Positions 18,145-25,779 of a DNA stretch of 25,779 nucleotides are shown here, in pieces. Position numbers and translations under genes: made by a program. Below the pieces are notes generated by a model that saw only the letters and a list, made by a program, of their open reading frames with translations, was not told the origin of the DNA and did not search any database. The first letter of the stretch is position 1; every line of letters begins with the position of its first letter. The stretch is from NCBI GenBank assembly GCA_043810925.1, contig JBDRNT010000121.1, positions 1 through 25,779 on the forward strand, given 5' to 3'. Origin of the DNA: Candidatus Eiseniibacteriota bacterium (GTDB taxonomy: Bacteria > Arandabacterota > Arandabacteria > Arandabacterales > Arandabacteraceae).

Positions 18145-18398
18145 TGGAGTGGTGAGTTTTACTCCTTGACCGTATCGCGAACCAACAGGGTGTTGATGAG
18201 GGGACCACAATCTCGGTTTACACTGATTCCCGGACCCGATGGCGTTGGCGCATGTGTACGTCAACACCGGCATTGCGGGGCGAAGAAAAGGATTGTGCCG
18301 ATTAGATAAAACAAGCGGGAGATCAGCCATTGAAAGGACTGGTTAGACCGATAGTCCGAGTAAAGATCCCGGTCCTGCCTTTGTGGCGGGCCGGGATC
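18145..18398 (+). ncRNA. Putative structured non-coding transcript (unclassified)
   Basis: Follows the strong promoter, contains several nested complementary segments, and ends in a GC-rich hairpin at 18365-18398. No SD-led ORF. Confidence 0.3.
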
Positions 18399-18429
18399 CC
18401 GCTTATGTAGCGTCGGGGTCCCGCAATAA

Positions 18430-18582
18430 TGTCGTCGCGAGCTCCCGAAGGGAGCGTGGCGATCTGTAGAGATTGCCACGTCACTACGTTCCTCGCAACG
18501 ACACGTCCTGTGTCGGATTGCCGCGGCTCCTTCGTCGCCTTGCAATGACGTGGGGATCGAACCTTCGTCGTCCCGCGATGGC
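18430..18582. repeat. Cluster of 3-4 short palindromic repeats (CGTC/'GTCATTGCGAG...GCAATC'-type REP-like)
   Basis: (+)18430-18465 TGTCGTCGCGAGCTCCCGAAGGGAGCGTGGCGATCT; (-)18468-18503 TGTCGTTGCGAGGAACGTAGTGACGTGGCAATCTCT; (-)18515-18550 CGTCATTGCAAGGCGACGAAGGAGCCGCGGCAATCC; a degenerate fourth copy at ~18555-18582. Confidence 0.75.
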
Positions 18583-18738
18583 ACGGAGGGCGAATCTCTC
18601 TGTGTCACTTCAACAACAACGTGGTACAGATCGCACTCAGAATACTCTCGGACGGATTCATCCACAGCATCTTAACATCTTATCTCACAAAGTAATAGGA
18701 GCTCCATGAACCGTAATTGGTGGGTGCCGGCGAGTAGA

Positions 18739-18754
18739 GGGCATGGATTATGCT
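18739..18754 (+). promoter_or_regulatory. Putative sigma54 (-24/-12) promoter
   Basis: GGGCATGGATTATGCT versus consensus TGGCACG-N4-TTGCW. Exact GG-N10-GC spacing (18740-41 / 18752-53), about 40 nt upstream of the small ORF. Confidence 0.45.
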
Positions 18755-18793
18755 GTTGCTAGCCCATGAACGCCCCGGGGAAGGAGGTATACA

Positions 18794-18919
18794 ATGCTTA
18801 AGCTACTGGCAACACTCGCGATTGTCGGCCTGCTGTTTAGCGCCGGTTGCTGCTGTGATCCCGATGACTGCTGTGATGACTGTCATGACGATTGCTGCTG
18901 TTGTGACTGCTGCGGCTAG
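18794..18919 (+). CDS. 41-aa Cys/Asp-rich micro-lipoprotein MLKLLATLAIVGLLFSAG-CCCDPDDCCDDCHDDCCCCDCCG
   Basis: Perfect SD AAGGAGGT (18781-18788) 5 nt before the ATG, a Lys + hydrophobic + SAG|C lipoprotein-type signal, and a TAG stop. It is below the ORF-track length cutoff. Confidence 0.8.
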   Translation: MLKLLATLAIVGLLFSAGCCCDPDDCCDDCHDDCCCCDCCG

Positions 18920-18974
18920 TGACCAGGCAAGGCAATTGGAACTGAAAGCCATACATGGAGGGTATGCAATTATC

Positions 18975-20225
18975 CTATGAACCGCTGCCCGTGGATGAAG
19001 CAGCCGCCACCTGCCGGTACCGCAGACCTTTGAGCACGACGTCCCGGGCTGCGAAGTAGGCTTCCCTCAGATCTTCTCCGATGGGCTCGCCCCTGGGGTA
19101 GTCTATGGTGAGGGGGTTCACATATGAGCCGTACCTCTTGACCCTGAAATCGAGGTGGGGCCCTGTCGACAAGCCGGTGGAGCCGACATAGCCGACAACC
19201 TGCCCCTGCTTGACTCTGGTTCCCTTTCTTACGCCCTTGCCGTAACGGGACAGGTGACCATAGCAGGATGAATAAACATGGTTGTGCCTTATCTCAACGA
19301 AATTACCCATTCCACCGTTCCACCCGGCTGATACCACGCGGCCGTCACCGATCGAGACAACCGGGGTCCCCGTGGGCGCCGCATAATCTACTCCATGGTG
19401 TGCGCGGTATCTCTTGAGGATAGGGTGAAATCGCCGGTTTGTGAAGTAGCTTGAGATACGCCTGTAATTAAGCGGTGACTTCAGGAAGACACGCTTGACC
19501 GAGTTACCCTCGTAGTCATAATGCTGCATCCTGCCGTCCTCGTCGGGATATCCAAATGCGAGGTGTTCATCGTCCTCGTTGAGGTACCCGGCGCCTATTA
19601 CATCGCCGATCCCGATCTTCCGGTCTTCGCAGTAAAGCTCCTCGAATATCATTATGAAGGTGTCCCCCACCCTCGGATCGGTGACAAAGTCGATCTCCCA
19701 TCCCAGCACATCTGCAAGTTTGAGGGCGATCTGCGGATCTTCCCCGATCCCGGTGAAGGCTTCCCACAGTGAGGACTCAAGCACACCCTCGATACGTCTT
19801 GTGACCACAACGATCGGAATCTCATCCTTGGCCACGGTATACCCCGTTGAGTCCCGGTGGACCATGAAGAGCTGTGTCATTCCCTTCTTGTAGCAGAGCG
19901 ATGCAATGAATCCATCCGAACCGAGGTCGGCGGTATACGAGTCGCCGGGCTTGCATGATCTCAGGTTGACTTCCTTGCCGAGAACATCGAGAACATCGAC
20001 CACGTCAGAAGCTTCAAGCCCGCTCGAGACAAGTGAGGTATAAAGCGATTCACCGGATGATAGTGTGTCCGCGATGGCCGCCGGAGCTTGAGTGACTTCG
20101 GGAGTCTCTACGGAGCTTTCACTTCCGGAATCCGATGTCCCGCATCCCTGGACTGAAAACGAGGATATGACAAGTGCGGTGGTGACGCACCATGCGGCTA
20201 CTGTTGTTGTAAGGCGTTCCGTCAT
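18975..20225 (-). CDS. M23 family peptidoglycan DD-metalloendopeptidase (MepM/Csd3-like)
   Basis: N-terminal signal/lipobox-like 'SVQGC', then 'WEIDF', 'FLKSPL...RISS.F...RFHPIL....HHGVDYAAP.GTPV', 'YGHLS' and 'GYVGSTGLSTGPHLDF'. Confidence 0.93.
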   Translation of the reverse strand: MTERLTTTVAAWCVTTALVISSFSVQGCGTSDSGSESSVETPEVTQAPAAIADTLSSGESLYTSLVSSGLEASDVVDVLDVLGKEVNLRSCKPGDSYTADLGSDGFIASLCYKKGMTQLFMVHRDSTGYTVAKDEIPIVVVTRRIEGVLESSLWEAFTGIGEDPQIALKLADVLGWEIDFVTDPRVGDTFIMIFEELYCEDRKIGIGDVIGAGYLNEDDEHLAFGYPDEDGRMQHYDYEGNSVKRVFLKSPLNYRRISSYFTNRRFHPILKRYRAHHGVDYAAPTGTPVVSIGDGRVVSAGWNGGMGNFVEIRHNHVYSSCYGHLSRYGKGVRKGTRVKQGQVVGYVGSTGLSTGPHLDFRVKRYGSYVNPLTIDYPRGEPIGEDLREAYFAARDVVLKGLRYRQVAAASSTGSGS

Positions 20226-20321
20226 CTAATGAACTGCCGTCCCCTCAGGAGATGCGTCAATCACACTGGGCGTGCAGTCAATTTAGTGCAGGACGTGTTG
20301 GAATTGCAAGCTCTATTCTGA

Positions 20322-20399
20322 ATCGTCGGGGGTGGAACCCCGACGCTACCGGTAAACACAAGTAGGACGGTGCGGTGTCGGGCCTCTGTGCCCGACGAT
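20322..20399. repeat. Divergent pair of GTAG-type REP-like palindromes
   Basis: (-)20349-20322 GTAGCGTCGGGGTTCCACCCCCGACGAT and (+)20372-20399 GCGGTGTCGGGCCTCTGTGCCCGACGAT. The same GTAGCGTCGGGGT head also occurs at 18407-18419(+). Confidence 0.6.
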
Positions 20400-20411
20400 C
20401 CTCCACCCGGA

Positions 20412-23357
20412 TTACTGCAGCAGAACCATCTTACGTGTCGCGGTTCCGGCTTCAGTCGTAACCACATAGTAATACACACCGCTGGCGACCCTTCGAGACC
20501 GCCGGTCGGTTCCATCCCACGGGATCTGGTGCGCTCCAGGAGAAGCAACACCCTCCCACAGGCGCGTTACCTGCCTGCCGTCGACAGAGACAACATCGAG
20601 CCTGAGCCATGTGGGTCTGGCCGCTTCAAATGCAATGCTCGTTGTCGCCTTGAACGGATTAGGGACATTCTGCAGAAGTCTGAGCTCGCCGGATCCATAA
20701 TCACGGCTGGAGATTTCCTCATCCCGGTAGAGGCCATAGGTCCCGAAACGGACGGCATGGGCAATCACGGTCCCCTTGCCCTCATCGACGTATGACTCGA
20801 GAGGAATCACCTGCCCATCTTCGACTCTTGCAATACATAGATGACGGGGATCACACACGCTCTGATCGTAGGCCATCGATATCGTGACCGCACCGTCGAG
20901 CTCATGCGCGGGCGGCGAGACCTTATATGCGGATATGAGCCCCTCGGTCGAAACGGGATCATCCATTATCACCACGTACATATCACCCGACACCGTGCCC
21001 GCCGGCAAAGCCACTTCAAGACATCCGTCAACGCTCCGCGCAACGCCGCCCGAACGGGCGAGAACCAGAGACGCGCCGAACGCACGGGCCTCTTGAGCCC
21101 AGTTGGAATTCAGGTCCCTCCCACAGGCTTCGATCCTGAGCAGACCGCCGGACTGGAGAGTGTAGTCGCACCTGAACACGCTTGTTCCGGGAACGGCCTC
21201 GGGTACGAGATCCTCATCGGGTTCAGGTACGTCCAGGCCGACCCTCACAAAGAAACTGCTATCTACTATCGCTTCAGACAGAGTGATATAGATATCGAGA
21301 TAACTCGTCAAGTACGGGTTCTGAAGAACTGAGATCGCCAGACCCGGAGGTACGAGATCCTGCGTGTACGCACTGTCACTGGCTATCGGGGAGTAATTGA
21401 TCATCTCATCAAACGCGGTGATGCAGTAGTAATAAGTCGTCTCGTTAATGAGCCCCGTGTGCGTGAAGCTGTCGGGCCAGGCGGGGATAGCGTCAAACAC
21501 ACCATTATTACCGTTCTCAACGGGCTGGCCGCCTGCAGGTGATGACAGCGGCCCGTCGGTCGAATAGGAGATCAAGACCCCTGTGAGATCGAGATCACTC
21601 GGACCGGTCCAGCCCAGAGTGACCGACCGGTCGCTTCCGGTAGCCGTGAAGGCTGAAACAGCGCCGGGCGGTACCGAATCTTCCGCGGTGGCCGAGGCAG
21701 TGACGGCTACCGAGTAGTTGGGAACGATGTCGCCTGCAAACGCCGAGTAGTAGTAGGTCACATCATTTTCAAGACGCGTATGCACAAAGCCGTCTGAGCT
21801 TGAGGGTGAATTGTGGAACTTCCCGCCGGCACCGTTTTCAACCGGTGTCCCGGCCGACGGATTCGCCGGATAGTCCGTCTCAGAGTAGACTATCAGCGTG
21901 TGCTCGAAATCCTCATCACCCGGATTCACCCAGCTTAAGGTCACCGTTGTATCACTTCCAACGGCACCGAAGGTTGAAGGAGCTGCGGGGGCGGCGGCGT
22001 CCCACACAACCCGCGCTCTTATACCGAGATCACGACCCAGAACCTGGTACCAGGTGTTGCCGTTGGGACTCTTGTAGGACTTCCCGGCGGCCTGCGTGCT
22101 CTGGTCGTCGGCCGGCAGGGGTTCTGCAAAAGTGGCATATGTGATCTTGGCCATCACGTATATGTCGTCTCCCGCGCCGATGCCCACGGGCGTGGTCAGT
22201 TCTACGGAGTGATAGCCCGGGTGCTCGAAAGACACGTTGAGCCGGTTTCCGAGAAGGTTCGTAAGCGAACCTCCGGTGAAATCGTCATAGACGTAGACAT
22301 CCACGTCCGTTATTTCATCGACCGCGAAGAACTCGACCCGTTCCACCGTACCGCTGCTGGCGGGTATGTACTTGCAGAAGCCCCACGCTGTGTTGCTGCC
22401 GGGATAGCCCTCCGCCATCGTGTAGCCGGCCTCGTCGTAGTGAAGCAGATCGCCGCTCGGATCATAGTCCTGCCACTCGTAGAGGAAAGAGGCCTCCTGC
22501 CCTATTTTCGCAGAACCATAGGCAATCGTGAAGTAGCCACCCTCGGTCCCATAGCCGCACGGGCCTCCCCATGACTTCCCCCAGCTGTTCTTGACGATCC
22601 AGGCACCCTGGCCCCCTGGATGGGTCAAGTCGTCATCCCACCCCACTATCACCACTGCATGATTGACCACATCGCCGCCCGGGTGGTAGAGCGTATAGGA
22701 ACCGTCATAGTTCGCAAACTCGTTGGCCCAGGCGTTGCCGTCACCCACATATATCGCGGTAAAAATCGGGCCGTGATCGTATATATATGACTTGAGCACC
22801 TCCTCATCGGGTGTCACGCTGTACGAGATCACCCGCCAGTCAAGAAGCGTCTTGATATGGTCGCAGTAATCCCTGCAGTTGAACTGTACGTAGGAAGCAT
22901 AGGGATCACACGATTCGAGCACGGTGCCTTGCTTGGAGAGGAAATTGGCAACTCTCCAGTAATTACCTCCCTGACAGGCGGAACCGTACCAATAACACTC
23001 CTTGACATTATTCTCGGAAAAGTCGTAGAGGCTTTCGCCGTCAATCAGGAGCTCGGATTCGAAATCGGCAAGGGCCGCAAAGGCAAAACATGTTCCGCAT
23101 GACCCCTGGTCCTGAACCAGGGTCACAACGCCCAGATCGCGCCAGTCGTACCTTGTCGGAAGAGGCAGAGTCGTTCTGGGCATCCTCCCGGCAGCAACGT
23201 CGGGATGGTCGAACTCCGGCGGGACATAGCCTCGCCCGTAGACGGGGGCGTCTGAAACGGACACCTGAGCGCGCGAACCCGATGCGGCACCAAACAAGAG
23301 ACCTGCAGCGAGTGCCAGGCCGATTGCAATGTGTATGTATCTACTTGATATATCCAT
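20412..23357 (-). CDS. Secreted papain-family (C1A) cysteine protease with lectin-like domain, two FN3-like repeats and C-terminal FlgD/T9SS-like domain
   Basis: Signal peptide, 'YDWR', 'QDQGSCGTCFAF', 'NHAVVIVGWDD', 'WIVKNSWG', and C-terminal 'QNVPNPF...WDG.D.....VASGVYYY.......TRKMVLLQ'. AAGGAG SD. Confidence 0.92.
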   Translation of the reverse strand: MDISSRYIHIAIGLALAAGLLFGAASGSRAQVSVSDAPVYGRGYVPPEFDHPDVAAGRMPRTTLPLPTRYDWRDLGVVTLVQDQGSCGTCFAFAALADFESELLIDGESLYDFSENNVKECYWYGSACQGGNYWRVANFLSKQGTVLESCDPYASYVQFNCRDYCDHIKTLLDWRVISYSVTPDEEVLKSYIYDHGPIFTAIYVGDGNAWANEFANYDGSYTLYHPGGDVVNHAVVIVGWDDDLTHPGGQGAWIVKNSWGKSWGGPCGYGTEGGYFTIAYGSAKIGQEASFLYEWQDYDPSGDLLHYDEAGYTMAEGYPGSNTAWGFCKYIPASSGTVERVEFFAVDEITDVDVYVYDDFTGGSLTNLLGNRLNVSFEHPGYHSVELTTPVGIGAGDDIYVMAKITYATFAEPLPADDQSTQAAGKSYKSPNGNTWYQVLGRDLGIRARVVWDAAAPAAPSTFGAVGSDTTVTLSWVNPGDEDFEHTLIVYSETDYPANPSAGTPVENGAGGKFHNSPSSSDGFVHTRLENDVTYYYSAFAGDIVPNYSVAVTASATAEDSVPPGAVSAFTATGSDRSVTLGWTGPSDLDLTGVLISYSTDGPLSSPAGGQPVENGNNGVFDAIPAWPDSFTHTGLINETTYYYCITAFDEMINYSPIASDSAYTQDLVPPGLAISVLQNPYLTSYLDIYITLSEAIVDSSFFVRVGLDVPEPDEDLVPEAVPGTSVFRCDYTLQSGGLLRIEACGRDLNSNWAQEARAFGASLVLARSGGVARSVDGCLEVALPAGTVSGDMYVVIMDDPVSTEGLISAYKVSPPAHELDGAVTISMAYDQSVCDPRHLCIARVEDGQVIPLESYVDEGKGTVIAHAVRFGTYGLYRDEEISSRDYGSGELRLLQNVPNPFKATTSIAFEAARPTWLRLDVVSVDGRQVTRLWEGVASPGAHQIPWDGTDRRSRRVASGVYYYVVTTEAGTATRKMVLLQ

Positions 23358-23446
23358 CAGTCTGCTCCTTTAGACGAGACCACGGTGTTTCGGTCTCACA
23401 CTACGAAGTAACTTCGGATCCTTTGGATTGCATGTATTTCCATCTA

Positions 23447-23475
23447 ACTCTATCGACTACAGGCCTGGTTATCAA
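23447..23475 (-). promoter_or_regulatory. sigma70-type promoter between the two protease genes
   Basis: TTGATA (23475-23470), 17 nt, TAGAGT (23452-23447). Confidence 0.5.
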
Positions 23476-23517
23476 GAGGACATTCTGGGTGTGGGAGACC
23501 CGCGTTGCGCCAGTGTC

Positions 23518-25668
23518 TTACTCGATCAGCACCAGCTTGGCGGTGTGAACCTCGTTTGATGTCACAAGTCTCGCAAAATAGAGACCGGGAGAAAGCCTTG
23601 TGTCGGCACCCGCGCCCGGTTCCCATGTGGCCGAGTGCGGACCTCCGTCTGAGTAGCCCTCTTTGAGGATGGCGACTCGTCTGCCTGTAACATCAAAGAC
23701 CTCAAGCCGTATCCAGTCGGGCCGAGCAAGCTCAAACCGTATCGCGAAGCCGTCACGTGCCGGATTCGGCTCAGGTATTTCAAGGAGCGTTTTGGGCGCA
23801 CTTTCCGGAGCTGACTCACCGGCCTTTGCATGGTCCGTCGGACGCGTGCGCGGGAGCATTCCAAGGTCATCCACCGAGCAACCCCGGTCCACAGGTGAAT
23901 CGAAATGCTCCCTGATATCCCCGGTATGTGCGGTAATGCAGTAGTAGGTCCAGCATGAGTCCGATCCCGTGGAGTCGCAGTGTGTCGCGGCGGTGAAGTC
24001 ATAGCAGCAGTTGCCTGTGGCAGCCACCGTTGCCAGCAATTCCCACACAGGGCCTTCCTCACCATGCTCGTAGGGACCGCCTGTGACGTAGTTCGCGGCC
24101 AGAAGCGTCGGGAGTGTCTCTATCCGTTTTCTCCAGACCTTGTAGCGCACTACCTCCGGAACGGAACCCTCGCTGTCATAGAGGCTTCTCCTCCACTCCA
24201 GATCAACGTAACCTCCGTTATCGGCCGGCACATCGATGACGCTCACAATCGCAGGTGTCTCTATGATCACGCCGCAGGAGGCATCATCGGTCACGCGCAG
24301 ACGTATGCCAAGGTCGCCACCAGCCCATGCGGAGTACGACGCACCTGTGGCACTTATGTGGCAGTAACCTGCGGCCGGGGGACCGGCATTGTCGAAGGCA
24401 AGCGGATACGTATAGGAGTTGTCCGTGATTTTGACCACTGCATATATGTCCTCCCCGGAAGCGACCTCAAGCGGCTCGGAGAGTTCGACCGAGTGGTAAC
24501 CCGGAAGCGAGAAGGAACTGTTGAGTCTGCTCGCGAGCAGGTTCGAAGGAGAGACTCCGCTAAAGTCGTCGTAGATGAAGACATCTATATCCGTCGTTGT
24601 ATCAAGCGTCCAGAACTCCACCCTCTCTACAAGGATATCCTCGGTCGCGATGAACTTGCAGAGACCCCATGCGGTGGTAAGACCGTAGCCCACGGCTGAG
24701 GTGTAGCCGCCATCATCATGATAAAGCAGCGAGCCGTCGGGATCGTAGTTCTGCCAGTCATATAGGAATGAAGAGTAGGATCCGATTTTGGCGGAACCGT
24801 ATGCGATGTAGAAATAGCCGCCTTCGGCCCCGTAACCGCAGGTGCCGCCCCAGGAGGTTCCCCAGCTGTTCTTGACGATCCATGCCCCCGAGCCGCCAGG
24901 ATGGGTCTGGCTGTCGTCCCAGCCGACTATGAGGACTGCATGGTTGGTCAGTTCCGACCCGGTATGGTAGAGCACGTAGGAGCCGTCGTAGGCGTTCATT
25001 TCTGAGTGCCATGCATCATAGAACCCCGCGTACATCGAAGTGTAGAGCGGGCCGTATGTCTGGAGATAGGACTTGATCACATTCGTCGCGGGTACATCAC
25101 TGGACGATATAACCTGCCAGTCAAGCAGCGTCTTCGCATAGGCGCACGCACCGTTGCATGCGACGTCGCTTGCGACGTATGGGTCGCAGGCTTCAAGGAC
25201 GGTGCCGTTGGCTGCAAGAAAGCTGGCAACCCGCCAGTAGTTACCTCCGCCGCAACTTGATTCGTGCCACTCACACTCTTTGGCGTTGTTCTCCGAGAAG
25301 TTGAATGTGCTTCCACCGTCAACGAGCATCTTCGATTCGAAGTTACCGATCGAAGCAAACGCGTAGCACGAACCGCACGTTCCCTGGTTCTTAACCGGCG
25401 TTACCTTGCCCGTAACTCGCCAGTCAAAGGTTGAAAGCAGAGGAGCCGGATGCTTGGCCATCGGCGCGCTTATATGCGATAGGTCCCCGGGCGGAGGGAC
25501 AAAGCCGTTACTGTAGAACCCATCAGGCACGGTCTCGATTTTTTCAGGTGCGACCCGGGGAAGAGGATCACCCGCATACACGGGAATCGAGAAGCCCACT
25601 CCGATAGCTACGATGATCAACAGTATTAGCCCGATGGGGCAGTGGTTTCCATGTTTGCATTTCCGCAT
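23518..25668 (-). CDS. Second secreted papain-family (C1A) cysteine protease with lectin-like domain and C-terminal T9SS-like domain
   Basis: Signal peptide, 'FDWR..GKVTPVKNQGTCGSCYAF', 'NHAVLIVGWDD', 'WIVKNSWG', and C-terminal 'PNP....IRF....VFDVTGRRVA...PGLYFARL.......KLVLIE'. GAGGAG SD. Confidence 0.92.
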   Translation of the reverse strand: MRKCKHGNHCPIGLILLIIVAIGVGFSIPVYAGDPLPRVAPEKIETVPDGFYSNGFVPPPGDLSHISAPMAKHPAPLLSTFDWRVTGKVTPVKNQGTCGSCYAFASIGNFESKMLVDGGSTFNFSENNAKECEWHESSCGGGNYWRVASFLAANGTVLEACDPYVASDVACNGACAYAKTLLDWQVISSSDVPATNVIKSYLQTYGPLYTSMYAGFYDAWHSEMNAYDGSYVLYHTGSELTNHAVLIVGWDDSQTHPGGSGAWIVKNSWGTSWGGTCGYGAEGGYFYIAYGSAKIGSYSSFLYDWQNYDPDGSLLYHDDGGYTSAVGYGLTTAWGLCKFIATEDILVERVEFWTLDTTTDIDVFIYDDFSGVSPSNLLASRLNSSFSLPGYHSVELSEPLEVASGEDIYAVVKITDNSYTYPLAFDNAGPPAAGYCHISATGASYSAWAGGDLGIRLRVTDDASCGVIIETPAIVSVIDVPADNGGYVDLEWRRSLYDSEGSVPEVVRYKVWRKRIETLPTLLAANYVTGGPYEHGEEGPVWELLATVAATGNCCYDFTAATHCDSTGSDSCWTYYCITAHTGDIREHFDSPVDRGCSVDDLGMLPRTRPTDHAKAGESAPESAPKTLLEIPEPNPARDGFAIRFELARPDWIRLEVFDVTGRRVAILKEGYSDGGPHSATWEPGAGADTRLSPGLYFARLVTSNEVHTAKLVLIE

Positions 25669-25779
25669 GTAATCCTCTCCTCAAGAACGGTAAAACGCCA
25701 CTCATCTATGGTATCGGCGTTTCGTGGTGCCCACATTAGACCTGGGGTCAGGCTTGCATATTTGGTGTTCCGGATCACA

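Noticed and set aside
18170-18250. c-di-AMP (ydaO) riboswitch resemblance (GAGGGGACCA, CCCGGACCCG)
   Set aside because: It lacks the GGGGUGAAU/GUAGGG and CAGCUAAC elements, so the similarity is only fragmentary.
18139-18309. 56-aa ORF MDWSGEFYSL... after the strong promoter
   Set aside because: Its ATG abuts the -10 box, upstream of the expected TSS. It has no SD and no recognisable features.
18261-18709. ORFs 18261..18665(-) and 18473..18709(+); CRISPR interpretation of the repeats
   Set aside because: The ORFs run through palindromic repeats. The repeats are diverged and in mixed orientation, with no regular spacers and no cas genes.
18750-18980. ORF-track 76-aa ORF (MLLLAHE...)
   Set aside because: It is the wrong frame. 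The perfect SD at 18781-18788 points to ATG 18794 of the Cys-rich peptide.

Overview
This is a GC-rich bacterial window using genetic code 11. The FlgD/T9SS-like C-terminal domains on two proteases suggest an FCB-superphylum-type lineage (inference). Recognisable genes, in order: mgtE; an Ig-domain lipoprotein; a histidine ammonia-lyase; MATE, GT4 glycosyltransferase and Wzx flippase; LemA, TPM-domain and nucleotidyltransferase-fold genes; RimK/RLAN ATP-grasp, GNAT-peptidase C39-like, M15A peptidase and L,D-transpeptidase; a FetAB-type ABC pair; an M23 peptidase; and two tandem papain-family (C1) secreted proteases. Two signals stand out that the ORF track misses. (1) The lipoprotein ORF 1705..2661(-) 'stops' at a TGA in the middle of a CBM-like beta-sandwich. 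The frame stays open for 43 more codons that complete the domain, and a bacterial SECIS-like hairpin lies just downstream, making it a candidate for an undescribed exported selenoprotein. (2) A 41-aa micro-lipoprotein at 18794..18919(+) has a perfect SD and a sigma54-like promoter, and its 23-aa mature part contains 12 Cys and 8 Asp (metallothionein-like). The 17.9-19.0 kb intergenic region also holds a near-consensus orphan sigma70 promoter, a multi-stem putative ncRNA and a cluster of REP-like palindromes. All calls come from reading motifs; no database searches were run.
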